Below, in pieces: positions 18,300 to 35,475 of a stretch of 64,000 bases of DNA. The number at the start of each line of letters is the position of its first letter. The first letter of the stretch is position 1. The notes below the pieces were generated by a model, which saw only the letters and a list, made by a program, of their open reading frames with translations, was not told the origin of the DNA and ran no database searches. The position numbers were made by a program, and so were the translations under genes. Source of the DNA: the human T2T-CHM13v2.0 reference genome, Homo sapiens; NCBI RefSeq assembly GCF_009914755.1, contig NC_060925.1. One strand, 5' to 3'.

Positions 18300-20220
18300 G
18301 TCCATTTTCCGCGGCAGTTTTTGGTCCTGGGGACCGTCACCGATGCCTCCCACGCACGCTTTCTTCCCTGAAGGGAGACGTCGCTGCGCTGGGCCTCTCG
18401 GCGGTCCCCCCCACCCGGGTCCCGGGCCCACTGGCCCCCCGCAGACGCCGCTACACGCTGACTCCAGCCAGGCTGCGCTGGGACCACTTCAACCTCACCT
18501 ACAGGTGCGCCCTGGCTGGGCCCCGGGGGAGGGGGCGCGGCCGGCGCCCGCTGAGCTCACTCTCCCTGCAGGATCCTCTCCTTCCCGCGGAACCTGCTGA
18601 GCCCGCGGGAGACGCGGCGGGCCCTAGCTGCCGCCTTCCGCATGTGGAGCGACGTGTCCCCCTTCAGCTTCCGCGAGGTGGCCCCCGAGCAGCCCAGCGA
18701 CCTCCGGATAGGTGGGCGCCCGCCCCCGCCCCGGCCCGGCCCTGCGCGCCCGGCCTCTCAGCCCCGTGCTCCCCCCAGGCTTCTACCCGATCAACCACAC
18801 GGACTGCCTGGTCTCCGCGCTGCACCACTGCTTCGACGGCCCCACGGGGGAGCTGGCCCACGCCTTCTTCCCCCCGCACGGCGGCATCCACTTCGACGAC
18901 AGCGAGTACTGGGTCCTGGGCCCCACGCGCTACAGCTGGAAGAAAGGTGACCGTCCAGGCTGGCCTCCTGGAGGCCTCTCCTCTGCAGCACAGTGGGCTG
19001 CCGCGGTCGGGCTTTGGGGCAGACGGCAGGAGGGACCTTCCGGGGTGGTGGCTGCCACTGGAGTCTAGCAGGCAAGGAGGGGAGCCCGTGGGAGCCCCCA
19101 TCCCGGCAGCCCTGAACTCCCTTTCCCATCCCCCTGCGCCTCTGGAGCGGGAGCTGGAGCTGCATTCCTGGGGGCCGAGCTCACCGCCTGGGCCCAGAAC
19201 ATTCTTATCTTTCCGTGGCTGCGGCCGAGGGCGGCTCCGCGGCTGCGCTCCAGCAGATACACCGGGCCTCGGGGAGCTGGCCCACGGGCGGCGGGGCTGG
19301 GCCCGGGGCTCCCAGGCGCTGACCCCCGGGGCCCGCAGGCGTGTGGCTCACGGACCTGGTGCACGTGGCGGCCCACGAGATCGGCCACGCGCTGGGCCTG
19401 ATGCACTCACAACACGGCCGGGCGCTCATGCACCTGAACGCCACGCTGCGCGGCTGGAAGGCGTTGTCCCAGGACGAGCTGTGGGGGCTGCACCGGCTCT
19501 ACGGTGAGTCCCTTTGTCGGGCGGGAGGGCGGGGACCGGGCGGTCCTGAGCCAGGCCGTGCTCCCCACGCTCCCGACAGGATGCCTCGACAGGCTGTTCG
19601 TGTGCGCGTCCTGGGCGCGGAGGGGCTTCTGCGACGCTCGCCGGCGGCTCATGAAGAGGCTCTGCCCCAGCAGCTGCGACTTCTGCTACGGTGATGCCCA
19701 CGGGGCCGGGACAGGGCTGCGTGGGAGCTGGGCCTTGGCCATGGTCGGGGCTGAGGGGGCACTGACGGGGCTCTTTCCCCCACCCGGAGCAGAATTCCCC
19801 TTCCCCACGGTGGCCACCACCCCACCGCCCCCCAGGACCAAAACCAGGCTGGTGCCCGAGGGCAGGAACGTGACCTTCCGCTGCGGCCAGAAGATCCTCC
19901 ACAAGAAAGGGAAAGTGTAGTGAGTGAGCGCCCCGGGCGGTCCTCGGGGTGGGCAGCCCGCGGGCGGCCTTGGGGCAGGGGTGCGGGGCAGGCAGCGGGG
20001 GGGGGCTGTGCCTGCAGGAGACGCCCCGCCCCCCTGCAGCTGGTACAAGGACCAGGAGCCCCTGGAGTTCTCCTACCCCGGCTACCTGGCCCTGGGCGAG
20101 GCGCACCTGAGCATCATCGCCAACGCCGTCAATGAGGGCACCTACACCTGCGTGGTGCGCCGCCAGCAGCGCGTGCTGACCACCTACTCCTGGCGAGTCC
20201 GTGTGCGGGGCTGAGCCCGG
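18300..20220. promoter_or_regulatory. Intragenic CpG island over MMP23A
   Basis: Very high GC and CpG density. Confidence 0.7.
18374..20214 (+). pseudogene. MMP23A: MMP23A, matrix metallopeptidase 23 duplicate lacking exon 1. Exons 18374-18504, 18572-18711, 18779-18946, 19339-19503, 19580-19690, 19793-19919, 20040-20214
   Basis: Spliced translation GDVAALGLSAVPP..RRRRYTLTPARLRWDH..HEIGHALGLMH..ShKT CLDRLFVCASWARRGFC..Ig-like..YSWRVRVRG*. All introns GT-AG, 1017 nt in frame; no signal-anchor exon upstream. Confidence 0.95.
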
Positions 20221-20222
20221 CT

Positions 20223-20228
20223 GATAAA
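20223..20228 (+). terminator. MMP23 variant poly(A) signal GATAAA
   Basis: ctgataaagc begins 9 nt after the stop codon. Confidence 0.5.
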
Positions 20229-20830
20229 GCACTTTCTCTCTGATGGCTCCTGGCTCATTCTTGGGAGGGCAGCGGGCAGCCAGTCTGGGCAGGTGGACAC
20301 CCCAGCCCCTGGTCCACCGAGAGCTGGGCGTCCTCGGGGCTGGGCACCCCTGCTTCCCCGCACAGCGGACAACAGGTACAGCACAGGACGGGACGGGCTT
20401 TGCTAAGGTGGCCCCTGGGAAAGTGGGATAAGCGGAGGCCCCAGTGACAGGGGCAGCACGTGGAGCAGCACCTGGGGTAGCCCCAGAAGCCTGGGTTCTG
20501 TCTAGGACTTGCTCAGAGCTGGGGGAGGGAGGCAAAGGGGGCTTCCTGAAAGATGTGGCTGGGATGGGCCTCCAGGATCTTCTGCAAGGAGATGTGGGTG
20601 GGGGCTGGGAGGACTGGCACAGGGTGGGGGACCACCTTGCCAGAGTGGAGGCCCCCCAGGAGGTAGGAGCTCCCCTCCTGCCTGGGGAAGACACTGGCCC
20701 ACATGGGGTCAGAGGCCACAGCCGCCCACCCCACCCTCTTCCCCTAGAGCCCGGTGGTCTGCGACTCCCCTCCCACACATGGTCCCGGGTCACTCAAAGG
20801 ACGACACGGGGAGCTTTCCTCGAAGAATAT

Positions 20831-20836
20831 TTTAAT
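20831..20836 (-). terminator. CDK11A distal poly(A) signal ATTAAA
   Basis: tttaat on the plus strand within an AT-rich patch. Confidence 0.55.
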
Positions 20837-21185
20837 ACATTTTAAAACTCAACAACCTTGTATAAAAACCTGTCGAGTCTGCTGGCACAGCTGGGGCTGG
20901 GGGTTGGGGGCCGGGGGCCTGTGTGGACAGGGCTGGTCTGGACGAGTGGGTTGGGGCAAGAGGGCATCGCTCATCCCAACACAGAAACAGGTCTCCAGCT
21001 CCGAAGATTAAACAATCCACCCGGCTCCCACCAGTTCCTTTCCAAATCACGGCCCAGCCAGCCCCGTGCGTGTCGAGAGTGGGAGAGGGTGTGTGGAGGT
21101 TTGTGCTGCCCCACGTGGGCACCCGAAGATGCCCTGGCAAGTCACGGAGAAAACACAGCTCTTTCCTCCACAACAAGGAAAATGA

Positions 21186-21191
21186 TTTAAT
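21186..21191 (-). terminator. CDK11A proximal poly(A) signal ATTAAA
   Basis: tttaat on the plus strand, ~150 nt after the stop, followed by a GU-rich tract on the minus strand. Confidence 0.7.
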
Positions 21192-21338
21192 TCTACAAAT
21201 TTACAAACCAAAATACAAAAACAAAACATGGAGCACAAAGTAAGACGAGGAGTTCCGAGTCTCATCGCAGCTCCAGCCGCAGTAGCCACGCCTGTGGTCC
21301 CGGCTGAGTTCTCCCCATGACGGGGTCCACTCTGACCT

Positions 21339-21431
21339 TCAGAACTTGAGGCTGAAGCCGGGGCCCGCGGCAGAGGCCCCCTGGTTCGTGGTGGTAAGGT
21401 GGAAGCCCGTCTCCTTCAGGTCGTCGTCACC
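21339..21431 (-). CDS. CDK11A: CDK11A exon 20 coding part (GDDDLKETGFHLTTTNQGASAAGPGFSLKF*)
   Basis: cccag|GGT acceptor; TGA at 21339-21341. Confidence 0.95.
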   Translation of the reverse strand, partial: GDDDLKETGFHLTTTNQGASAAGPGFSLKF

Positions 21432-21511
21432 CTGGGACGAGTCGGCTACCGTGAGAACCCTGCCCAAGCCAGCCCCACCTGTGGGCACGCCCCACCCACC
21501 AGGCCCCTCAC

Positions 21512-21701
21512 CAGCTGGCTGTAGCCCAGGCCTCCCTCAGGGGGCCTCGGGCTGGTGCCCCGCTTCACACGCTGCTGCTCGCTCTTGGCGGGCCACGTGG
21601 GGAACATGGAGGGGTCGATGGGGAGGGGGGTCTCGCGGAAATACTCATGCTTGAGGCCGTCCTCAGCGCTGATCCTCCTCCCGGGGAAGTAGGTCAGGAA
21701 C
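21512..21701 (-). CDS. CDK11A: CDK11A exon 19
   Basis: FLTYFPGRRISAEDGLKHEYFRE...LGYSQL; GT-AG, 190 nt. Confidence 0.95.
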
Positions 21702-21907
21702 CTGGGGGGAGAGGGCCAGAGGCCCAGGAGGTGCTCGTGTGCTCCACTGGGTCCCCCAAAGATGGGCTGTGTTGGGACGGGGCTCAGGGCATGGGACGCC
21801 AGGCACCAGAGCAGTTCTGGAACGTGGTGAGCCAGCAGGTAGGCCTGGGACTGGGAAGTCACCGCTATGGCTCGGGACCTCCCGCCACCCGGCTGCACTG
21901 GGCTCAC

Positions 21908-22056
21908 TTGTTCATGAGGTCGAAGCCCTGGTCTGAGAGCAGAGCCCCGAAGCGCTTGCGGAGGTTGTTGTAGGGGTGCTCGCTGAAGGTCATCTTCTTG
22001 ACTACTGGGAGCTCACTGTAGCCGGGCCAGATTTTCTCACTGGGGGTCCCCAGCTC
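21908..22056 (-). CDS. CDK11A: CDK11A exon 18
   Basis: ELGTPSEKIWPGYSELPVVKK...GFDLMN; 149 nt. Confidence 0.95.
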
Positions 22057-22255
22057 CTGAAAGACAGAGGTGCTTCAACAGCCACACCAAGTGGCCCACA
22101 GTGTTGGCACCTGTGTCCCGTCAGAGAAGACAAGCCACCAGGAGGGCTCTCAGTGGCCCTGGTCCCCATCTCAACCCAGCACCTGTGCGCCCCGCAGCCC
22201 CATTCCTGCAACTCCTCTGAAATCCATAGCGCACCTGCGGCAGGGCCAGACCCAC

Positions 22256-22372
22256 CTTGAACACTTTGTTGATCTGATCGATTTCCGAATTCCCGGGGAA
22301 CAGAGGCTTCTGAGTCAGCAGCTCCCCGAAGATGCAGCCCACTGACCACATGTCCACGGCCGTGGAGTATTC
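22256..22372 (-). CDS. CDK11A: CDK11A exon 17
   Basis: [19 protein letters not shown]...INKVFK; 117 nt. Confidence 0.95.
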
Positions 22373-22470
22373 CTAAGACGCCAGGAGAGGTGTTCAGGAA
22401 GGCCAGTGCCCGCGAAGCTGTGGGAGGCTGCATGGGGGACAGGGGAGGCACTCAGACGCCCAGGACTCAC

Positions 22471-22578
22471 CTTGGCACCAAGCAGCAGCTCTGGGGCGCG
22501 GTACCACTGGGTCACCACGACCGGGGTGTAGGCCTTCAGAGGGGATCCGTACTCCCGCGCCAGCCCAAAATCACCCAC
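22471..22578 (-). CDS. CDK11A: CDK11A exon 16 (DFG/activation loop)
   Basis: [36 protein letters not shown]; 108 nt. Confidence 0.95.
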
Positions 22579-22654
22579 CTGCAACGACAGATGGGCGGCT
22601 GTGGGTGGGCCCGGGCGGGTCACCCTGGGATGGGCCACTCGGAGGGGGGCTCAC

Positions 22655-22776
22655 CTTGAGGATGCCGGCGTGGCTCAGCAGCAGGTTGGACGTCTTGAGG
22701 TCACGGTGCAGGATCCAGTTGTCGTGCAGGTGTTTCACCCCACGCAGCAGCTGGATCATCAGGGTCTTCACCTCCC
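22655..22776 (-). CDS. CDK11A: CDK11A exon 15 (HRDLK catalytic loop)
   Basis: [40 protein letters not shown]; 122 nt. Confidence 0.95.
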
Positions 22777-22981
22777 CTGGGAGGGAGGGAGGCTCCCATG
22801 TGGACCCGGCCGCCCCAAGCCCAGGGCACTCAGGGTGGCCCGCTCGCCTCGGCAGCAACAGAGGCTTCTCAGGGCTTTCCCTGTGGATGCAGCTGGCCCT
22901 CCCTGCAGCACTGTCACCGCGGGGGTGACCAGGACACTGCCCCCACTTGTACGCAGACAGGACCCCGGGGCGCGGCTGTAC

Positions 22982-23087
22982 CTGGCAGGAAGGGCTGTTT
23001 CATGGTCTCCATCAGGCTCTTGAGGTCGTGCTCCACATAGTTCATCACGATGTAGATCTTGTCCATGTTGCTGCCCACCACAATCTC
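22982..23087 (-). CDS. CDK11A: CDK11A exon 14
   Basis: [35 protein letters not shown]; 106 nt. Confidence 0.95.
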
Positions 23088-23335
23088 CTGCAGGGCACGG
23101 CTCTGTGGGTGCTGGGCACCTCCAGGCCCCCACCCACCCCTGCACCCGGGCGCAGATGCTGAGGGACAGTAAGGACCTCCGGTGCCACCCGGGAGGCAAA
23201 TACTTGCTTCTGTGTGGTCTGTGAAGGGCTCCACTAAGTGCAGGAGAGTGTAGGAAGCACCCGGCCTCAGGACAGCACGGGGCCCTGTCGGAAAAGCCTT
23301 CCACCCGGGGCCAGGCGTGGTGGGGCCATGCTCAC

Positions 23336-23457
23336 TCTAACGGTGACAATGTTGGGATGCTGGGCCTTGAGGATGGTGTTGATCTCCCTCAGGGACGTGA
23401 TCGGGAAGCCCTCCTTCTCCTTCTCCATCTTCAGCCGCTTTAGAGCCACAATTTCAT
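23336..23457 (-). CDS. CDK11A: CDK11A exon 13 (PITSLRE helix)
   Basis: EIVALKRLKMEKEKEGFPITSLREINTILKAQHPNIVTVR; 122 nt. Confidence 0.95.
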
Positions 23458-24073
23458 CTGTGAAGAAAATACAGACGGCACTGAGAGGCATTCTCAAAGT
23501 CACGGTACCAACAGTGGACTCGTTCAGTGAGGACCGCAGGCAGTGCCCAAAGCGCCAGCATTTCACGGAGGGGGGTCTCGTTCTAGGTGGGGGCACGTGG
23601 GCACCAGGAGAACGCCCCAGCTGAGGTCTCGGCAACACCCACGGCTTCCCACTCAACACACCACAGACACTCACAGCCACCTACAGCCACCTGGGATCCC
23701 AGCGGCCACGCCGACTCCACATCGACTTCCCCAACAGAGCCGGCCTCACCTGGGATCCCAGTGGCCGACTCCCAACAGAGTTCCCGGCTCACACACCTGC
23801 TTGGGTGGGACGCTGGGAACGCAAACCTGCACACCAGCCCCGGCACAGACCACTCCACGCGCTGGGCCTCGGCCCTGTGGGGCAGGCCGCCTGCTACTGC
23901 AAGGGAGTGGCAAAGCCCCAGGGCCAGGCTGACCTCTGGCTTCTAGAGGTGCTGAGGGGTCCAACCTCCAGTAGCTGCTCAGGTGAGGCGGGCCCAGGTG
24001 CAGTCGCAGCTCTCGGGCAGCCAGCCCCTGCCCCACTTCCCCTGCCTTTGTGGGGTGAGGGGACCCCACCCAC

Positions 24074-24164
24074 CTGTTTTCTTGTCTTTTGCTCTGTAGA
24101 CCACTCCATAGGTGCCCTCCTCGATCCTGTTCAGGCACTGGAACTCCTCGACGCTCCGGCAGCC
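24074..24164 (-). CDS. CDK11A: CDK11A exon 12 (G-loop)
   Basis: [30 protein letters not shown]; 91 nt. Confidence 0.95.
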
Positions 24165-24389
24165 CTGGGAAGGAAGCGCCTGTGTGAGGTCTCAGTGGCC
24201 ATGCCAGCTGGAGGGAGGGCGGCTGCGTCCGCAGGCACGGCACACCCGGCACGGGGCAGGTGCAGGGCAGAGCCTTGGGACTGGGCCAGGGGTGGAGCCG
24301 GGAGCAGCTCAGTTCTTTCAAAGTCTCTTTCCTTGCAAAACCATCTGACACTTTATTATGAAACAAAACCAGTGTGAACAAAAGGCCAT

Positions 24390-25206
<817 letters not shown>

Positions 25207-25838
25207 TCACAAGGCATAGGGCAGTCGACAGAGGCCTGCTGCATGCGCCAGAGAGAACCTCTCCGCCCACAGGCACCAAGGAGGGGGCCGAGTCCCTGCC
25301 GGTCTCCCAGGCCCCCGAGGCCACTGGTACCTTCTCAGGCTTGTCCCTTCCAAATCACTCCCAACAATATCCTGCCTTATTGATAGCTGCCTGAGCAAAA
25401 GGCTTCTGGTCACACATCTACACTGACTCCCGTAGCCGCTCCCCCATCCAAGCCCTGCACAGATGCCGGTAACAAGGCCTTGGTGCCTACATAACCCGCC
25501 CACGCAGGGGTCAAGTGGAAGGCACTGCTCTCCAGTGCGGAGGAGGACGCAACTCGGGCAGCAGTGACAGCAGCGCGGCCGCACGCCCAGGCTGCCTTTC
25601 AAGCCGCAGAGCAGTCCTGCGGGCAGCTCCCTGTCCACCCAGTTCCGTCCAGCATGAGAAAGAGGCGGGACCTAGAAGCATGAGGGGCCAGTGGCTGTGC
25701 CCGCCCGTCACTGCCCCAGTGGGCCCAGCAGCCCTGTGAGGCGACAGACGCCAACACGGGGGCCAGGCTTCGCTCAGCCCCTGTGGTAACTCCGACTGCC
25801 AATGCGGACAGCGGCCCGGGGCGAGGGGAGGGCCTGAC

Positions 25839-26014
25839 CTGCAGGGCCGGCAGGTACTTGGGCAGCTCCTGCTTGAGCTCGATGGGCAACAGGGCAGGGG
25901 AGTCGGGCACATAGTCGCCCTCTGTCAGGGCGCTGCTCTGCGGCGTTCCCTCACCCACTTCTTCCTCTGCTTCTTCACTCTCCCCGGAATCTCGGTCGAA
26001 CCGTGACTCTGGAA
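25839..26014 (-). CDS. CDK11A: CDK11A exon 11
   Basis: PESRFDRDSGESEEAEEEVGEGTP...KYLPALQ; 176 nt. Confidence 0.95.
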
Positions 26015-26609
26015 CTGGAAAAGTTGAACCTAATTAGGAAGCTAGGAGTAAGCAAGGATCATGAACCTCCTCCTGCCCCGGGGGCATCAAGCGCGTGGCA
26101 GGGCTGCCCCGTGTCCCGCTGGGAGGTGCTGGCGCTGGGCTCTCGTCCCCTGGACACAGGGCACCGAGGCCTAAGAGTGCTGGCAGGCTCGGCTGAGACA
26201 GAGCCCGGATGCTGAGCTGGGAGGAGGCGTCGGGTGTCATGTGGGGGACAAGCCCACATCCACGTCCACCAGGCTGAGGACATAACCTCACTGCCTGTCG
26301 GAGGCTGGGCCAGGCCTCTGTTCTGCAGGGACAGGCCCGGAGCCACCATCTGACGGGCCTCCCCTGTGGGGAACTGGTCCTGGGCTTCCCAGCTCCTCGG
26401 CCCTGCTGGGCACTCAGGACGCCCTTGGTCAGCACTGTGCCTCGCTGAGGAATGCGGGCCCCACCGGCACAGCCTGGAGCGGCCAACGAATCAGGCGGCC
26501 TCCCAGACCCTGGCGTGCCCCACGCCGCGCAGGACCGGCTGTCTTAGGAGAGGGCTGCTGCACTCGGAGACAGACAAGGAGGGGGCTCTGTCTCCAGGGA
26601 GGTTCTTAC

Positions 26610-26675
26610 CAACCAAGAGGTGGTTTTCATTTTCTCGTTCTTCATCTTCACTCATTTCTTCCTCACTTACTTCTT
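26610..26675 (-). CDS. CDK11A: CDK11A exon 10; contains the p58 internal start ATG (26653-26655, MSEDEERENENH)
   Basis: 66 nt, GT-AG; this ATG to the stop gives 439 aa. Confidence 0.9.
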
Positions 26676-26757
26676 CTGCAAGAGAAAGGAGGCGTCTGCT
26701 CAGACCAGCACCGGGGCGAGTGCTGCCACAGGCAGGATGCGGGCTCCGCTTCAGCTA

Positions 26758-27117
<360 letters not shown>

Positions 27118-27223
27118 CTAGATAGAAGGGAGTTTCAACTCCCCCGCCCGCCAGCTACTTCTCTGCGGTTTCTAACACTATAGTGAAGTCACAACACCTC
27201 ACACAGTCGTCGCGGTGCCTCAC

Positions 27224-27373
27224 CGGCAGACTGCTCTGATGCCTCCTCAGAGTTGCTGCCGGTCTCCTCCTCCTCCTCTTCCTCTTCCTCCTCTGATTCT
27301 TCACTGGTGCTCCCTTCCTCCTCCTCCTCTTCCTCCTCCTCCTCTTCTTCCTCAGAACCTGAGCCTGATTCTG
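27224..27373 (-). CDS. CDK11A: CDK11A exon 9 (poly-Glu tracts E13 and E10)
   Basis: ESGSGS-E13-GSTSEES-E10-TGSNSEEASEQSA; CAGCAG tandem acceptor; 150 nt. Confidence 0.93.
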
Positions 27374-27458
27374 CTGTAGAAAGACAGCAGAGCAGAGGGT
27401 GAACCTGGGCCTTCCTGGGCAGCAGTGGTCAAGGCCTTGGCCAGGCGGTTCCAGGTAC

Positions 27459-27554
27459 CTGACGAGGACTCGGCCGAGCTGGTCTTCCTCTCGCTGTCGC
27501 TGATGTCCTGTAAGTCGGACAGCAGGTCCCTTTCTTCCATTTTCTCTTCTTTTA
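27459..27554 (-). CDS. CDK11A: CDK11A exon 8
   Basis: KEEKMEERDLLSDLQDISDSERKTSSAESSS; AAG acceptor; 96 nt. Confidence 0.9.
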
Positions 27555-27938
27555 CTTATGAGATAAACCATAAAGGTGAATTTGGGGAAATGTTTTTAAA
27601 CAAACAAGCTACCACCACCCCAAAACTAGTGCCTTTCACGTAACGATTAACTTTGCTTGGTCGGAAACCAGCTCATCCAGAGACGCTGGAAGCCACTTCT
27701 CTAACGGGGCCAGTGGCGAATGTCCCAGCGGATAAACACACGTCCTGTGTCCTGGCCGCACACAGACACTCACGGTCCCTCTCACGACACGAGAGGACTT
27801 CAGCCAGCACATCTCTCACTTTCTTCTGAAGCGGTTACTTAGCTGGGCTTTAAATGAATCCTACACACTTATGCCAAACATCCCCCAGAAAAGACTCACA
27901 CTGTGCTGGCTTCTGCGCAGGCGCCGGCCTGGCCTCAC

Positions 27939-28061
27939 CTGGCTTCCGGCCGTCTCCCAACTCGAACCGCTCCCGCGGCGGCCGAGGCGGGCTGCGACTC
28001 CAGTGGCTGGCTTTCACTTTGTCGCTGTAGTCCTCTCTCATCGTTCGGTGATGTGCAGACA
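27939..28061 (-). CDS. CDK11A: CDK11A exon 7 (alternative in-frame donor extends it to 27900, +13 aa)
   Basis: SAHHRTMREDYSDKVKASHWSRSPPRPPRERFELGDGRKP; two gtgag donors 39 nt apart. Confidence 0.9.
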
Positions 28062-28899
28062 CTGGCGCGCAGGGCAGAGAGGGAGATGGCACTAGCAGCA
28101 CTGCCTTCCTCAAAAGGCCCCACCCGGCACAGCTGCCTCGTCTCCCACACCCGCACCTGGCAGACACACCCACAGCGTGCACAGGGTGCTGACAGCATCG
28201 GGGTCAGAGGCCAGAGGTCTCCCAGGAAGCCCAGGGAGAAAAAGCTCCAACCTGGAGGCCGTGAGCCCGAGGACCCAGGTGGACCTTCTAGACTGATCTT
28301 CACTGGTCAAAAAGGAAGGGGCGGGAGAAGATTCTGGAAAGATGGAGTAGGAAGCACTGGGAATCAGTCTCCCCACCGAGACAACACTTGCATCACAGGA
28401 TCAGGCCTGTGCAACTACTGAGGTGCTCTGGAGTCTACTGAAGGTTTGCAACTTCAGGGGGAATCTTGGAGAGTAAACTGTGATTCATTAATCAACGTCA
28501 CCGCTTCGCACATTAGTGGCTCCCACCTCACTCCCCGCTGGCAGGCAGCAGCCTGCATGCAGCTCGCCGGACCCAGGTGGGCAGACGGACACACACACCC
28601 GAGGTCAGTGTGATGACTGCGTGTCCCACCCCAGAGGCATGAAGAGGCAGCAGCCACGGCCACCCCCAAGCTGAAGGTACTTCCAGGGCATGAGCACCAC
28701 GTCCCCCGTTGCCCCCTTCATTTCTCTCTATTCCCCCTTTAGGAGGCAGACACTTCAGGACAAGAACATTAAAAACATCTGTATTGACGGGAACGTTAAA
28801 AAGTGGCTGCACGTGACCAGGAAAAGGCTCAGGCTCAGAAAAGACCCGTGAAGACCCTGAGTTTCCACAACAGGCCGACCCCACAGACACAGCCCAGCA

Positions 28900-33600
<4,701 letters not shown>

Positions 33601-34749
33601 TTTGTCAGAGACAAGGTCTCCCTACGTTGCCCAGGCTGGCGTCATGCGGTCCTCTGGCCTTAGCCTCCCACGTAGCATATGCTACCACACCCAGTTCTGG
33701 ATTGGCTGATCTGAATCGGCCCTACCCAGAAGTCTGCCCCCAACAATTTTTGCTCATTCACTCTCCTGTCTTTACCTTCTGGGAAATCAATATGACAGCC
33801 CAAATTTCATCTACCAACCTCCACTTCTATCCCAAGCTCTACTCTCGTGGGACAAGACACACTCAATGTCTGGCACAGGGCGTGGCATACATGAATGTTT
33901 CACACACTAACAGGAACTAGGCCAACTGAAACCTTGCTCACCCCGCAGTGGTCTCAGACCTTGACCCCTGGGCCTCAGTGTCTCCCACACCCTTCGGCAT
34001 CAACAAGAACCAGCGCCCTCTCATCATCTTTACATGCTGTGTACCCAGCCCTGGCTGCTGGCAAACATCGCTGCACACGCCCTTCCGCTTCAGACTCCTC
34101 TCTTCCTGGAGCAGCTTGCAAGCTTTCTGTGGACTCACTCTGAAGGCGGAGATGGGCCTGCTCGCACCTGGCCTACAGCCTTTTTCCTGGTTCACAGAAC
34201 AGATCTGGGGCTACACCGATGTTCTTTCTTGGGAATCTGGTTCATAAAGGGGAACGAATATATAAACTAATGGCCAGGAGTCCTAGGAGTCCAGTGTCCC
34301 GATTTCCAGACTGTTTCAAGGTTTTTGGGATCTCCCTTCTCCTTTTTTTGAGACAGTCTCACTCTGTCAACCAGGCTGGAGTGCAGTAGCATGGTCATAG
34401 CTTACTGCAGCCTTGACCTCCCAGGCTCAAGGGATCCAACCACCTCAGCCTCGTAAGTGCTGGAATTCTAGCGTGAGCCACTGCGCCTGGCCGGACGTGC
34501 AGATTTCTGATCCCTTCATTGTCTTCCCTCAATCAAATCACACCCGTTCTTACTTCCAGATGCAGTGAAAACTCACTCCCTCAGGACAGTTCTCTTGGTC
34601 AGCCTCGTCCAGCTGTTCACTGTGCTGTTTCCATGTCTACCACTTCTGCACCAAATGTGACTTCTATTGCCAAATTCTTCTTCATTGCTGTGACAGGACA
34701 CACTACCACGGCCCTTTCATAAAGTCCTCAACTGACCCAGCCCACTCAC

Positions 34750-34882
34750 CTTTCTCTCCTGGAATGCTCCCTTGCCATTTCCCTTCTCTTCTGTCTTTCC
34801 CATTCCCGGCGAGCTTTATCCTGTTCTTCTCGATGTCGTTTCCGACGTTCGTGCTCTCTTTCTTTCACTCTAGCATGCTTCC
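34750..34882 (-). CDS. CDK11A: CDK11A exon 5
   Basis: [43 protein letters not shown]; 133 nt. Confidence 0.93.
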
Positions 34883-35016
34883 CTAATGAGAAATAAAGTG
34901 TCATGCAAAGAAACCTCACTTCAAAAATTTCACGAGGCCGGGCACGGTGGCTTACGCCTGTAATCCCAGCACTTTGGGAGGCCGAGGCGGGCGGATCACC
35001 TGAGGTCAGGAGTTCA

Positions 35017-35241
<225 letters not shown>

Positions 35242-35283
35242 TCACATGAAAATGAAATTAAATCAAGAACATTAAATATTTAA

Positions 35284-35475
<192 letters not shown>

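Noticed and set aside
18505-19507. Unspliced continuation of the 522-aa ORF 17939-19507
   Set aside because: Beyond 18504 it reads introns and non-native MMP23 frames in GC-rich DNA. Only the part in frame with exon 2 is meaningful.
19918-19920. Apparent premature TAG at the end of MMP23A exon 7
   Set aside because: It is the split Tyr codon TA|gtgagt...cag|C, not a stop after splicing.
19426-20793. 455-aa antisense ORF over MMP23A
   Set aside because: Shadow frame in stop-poor, GC-rich sequence with no recognisable domain.
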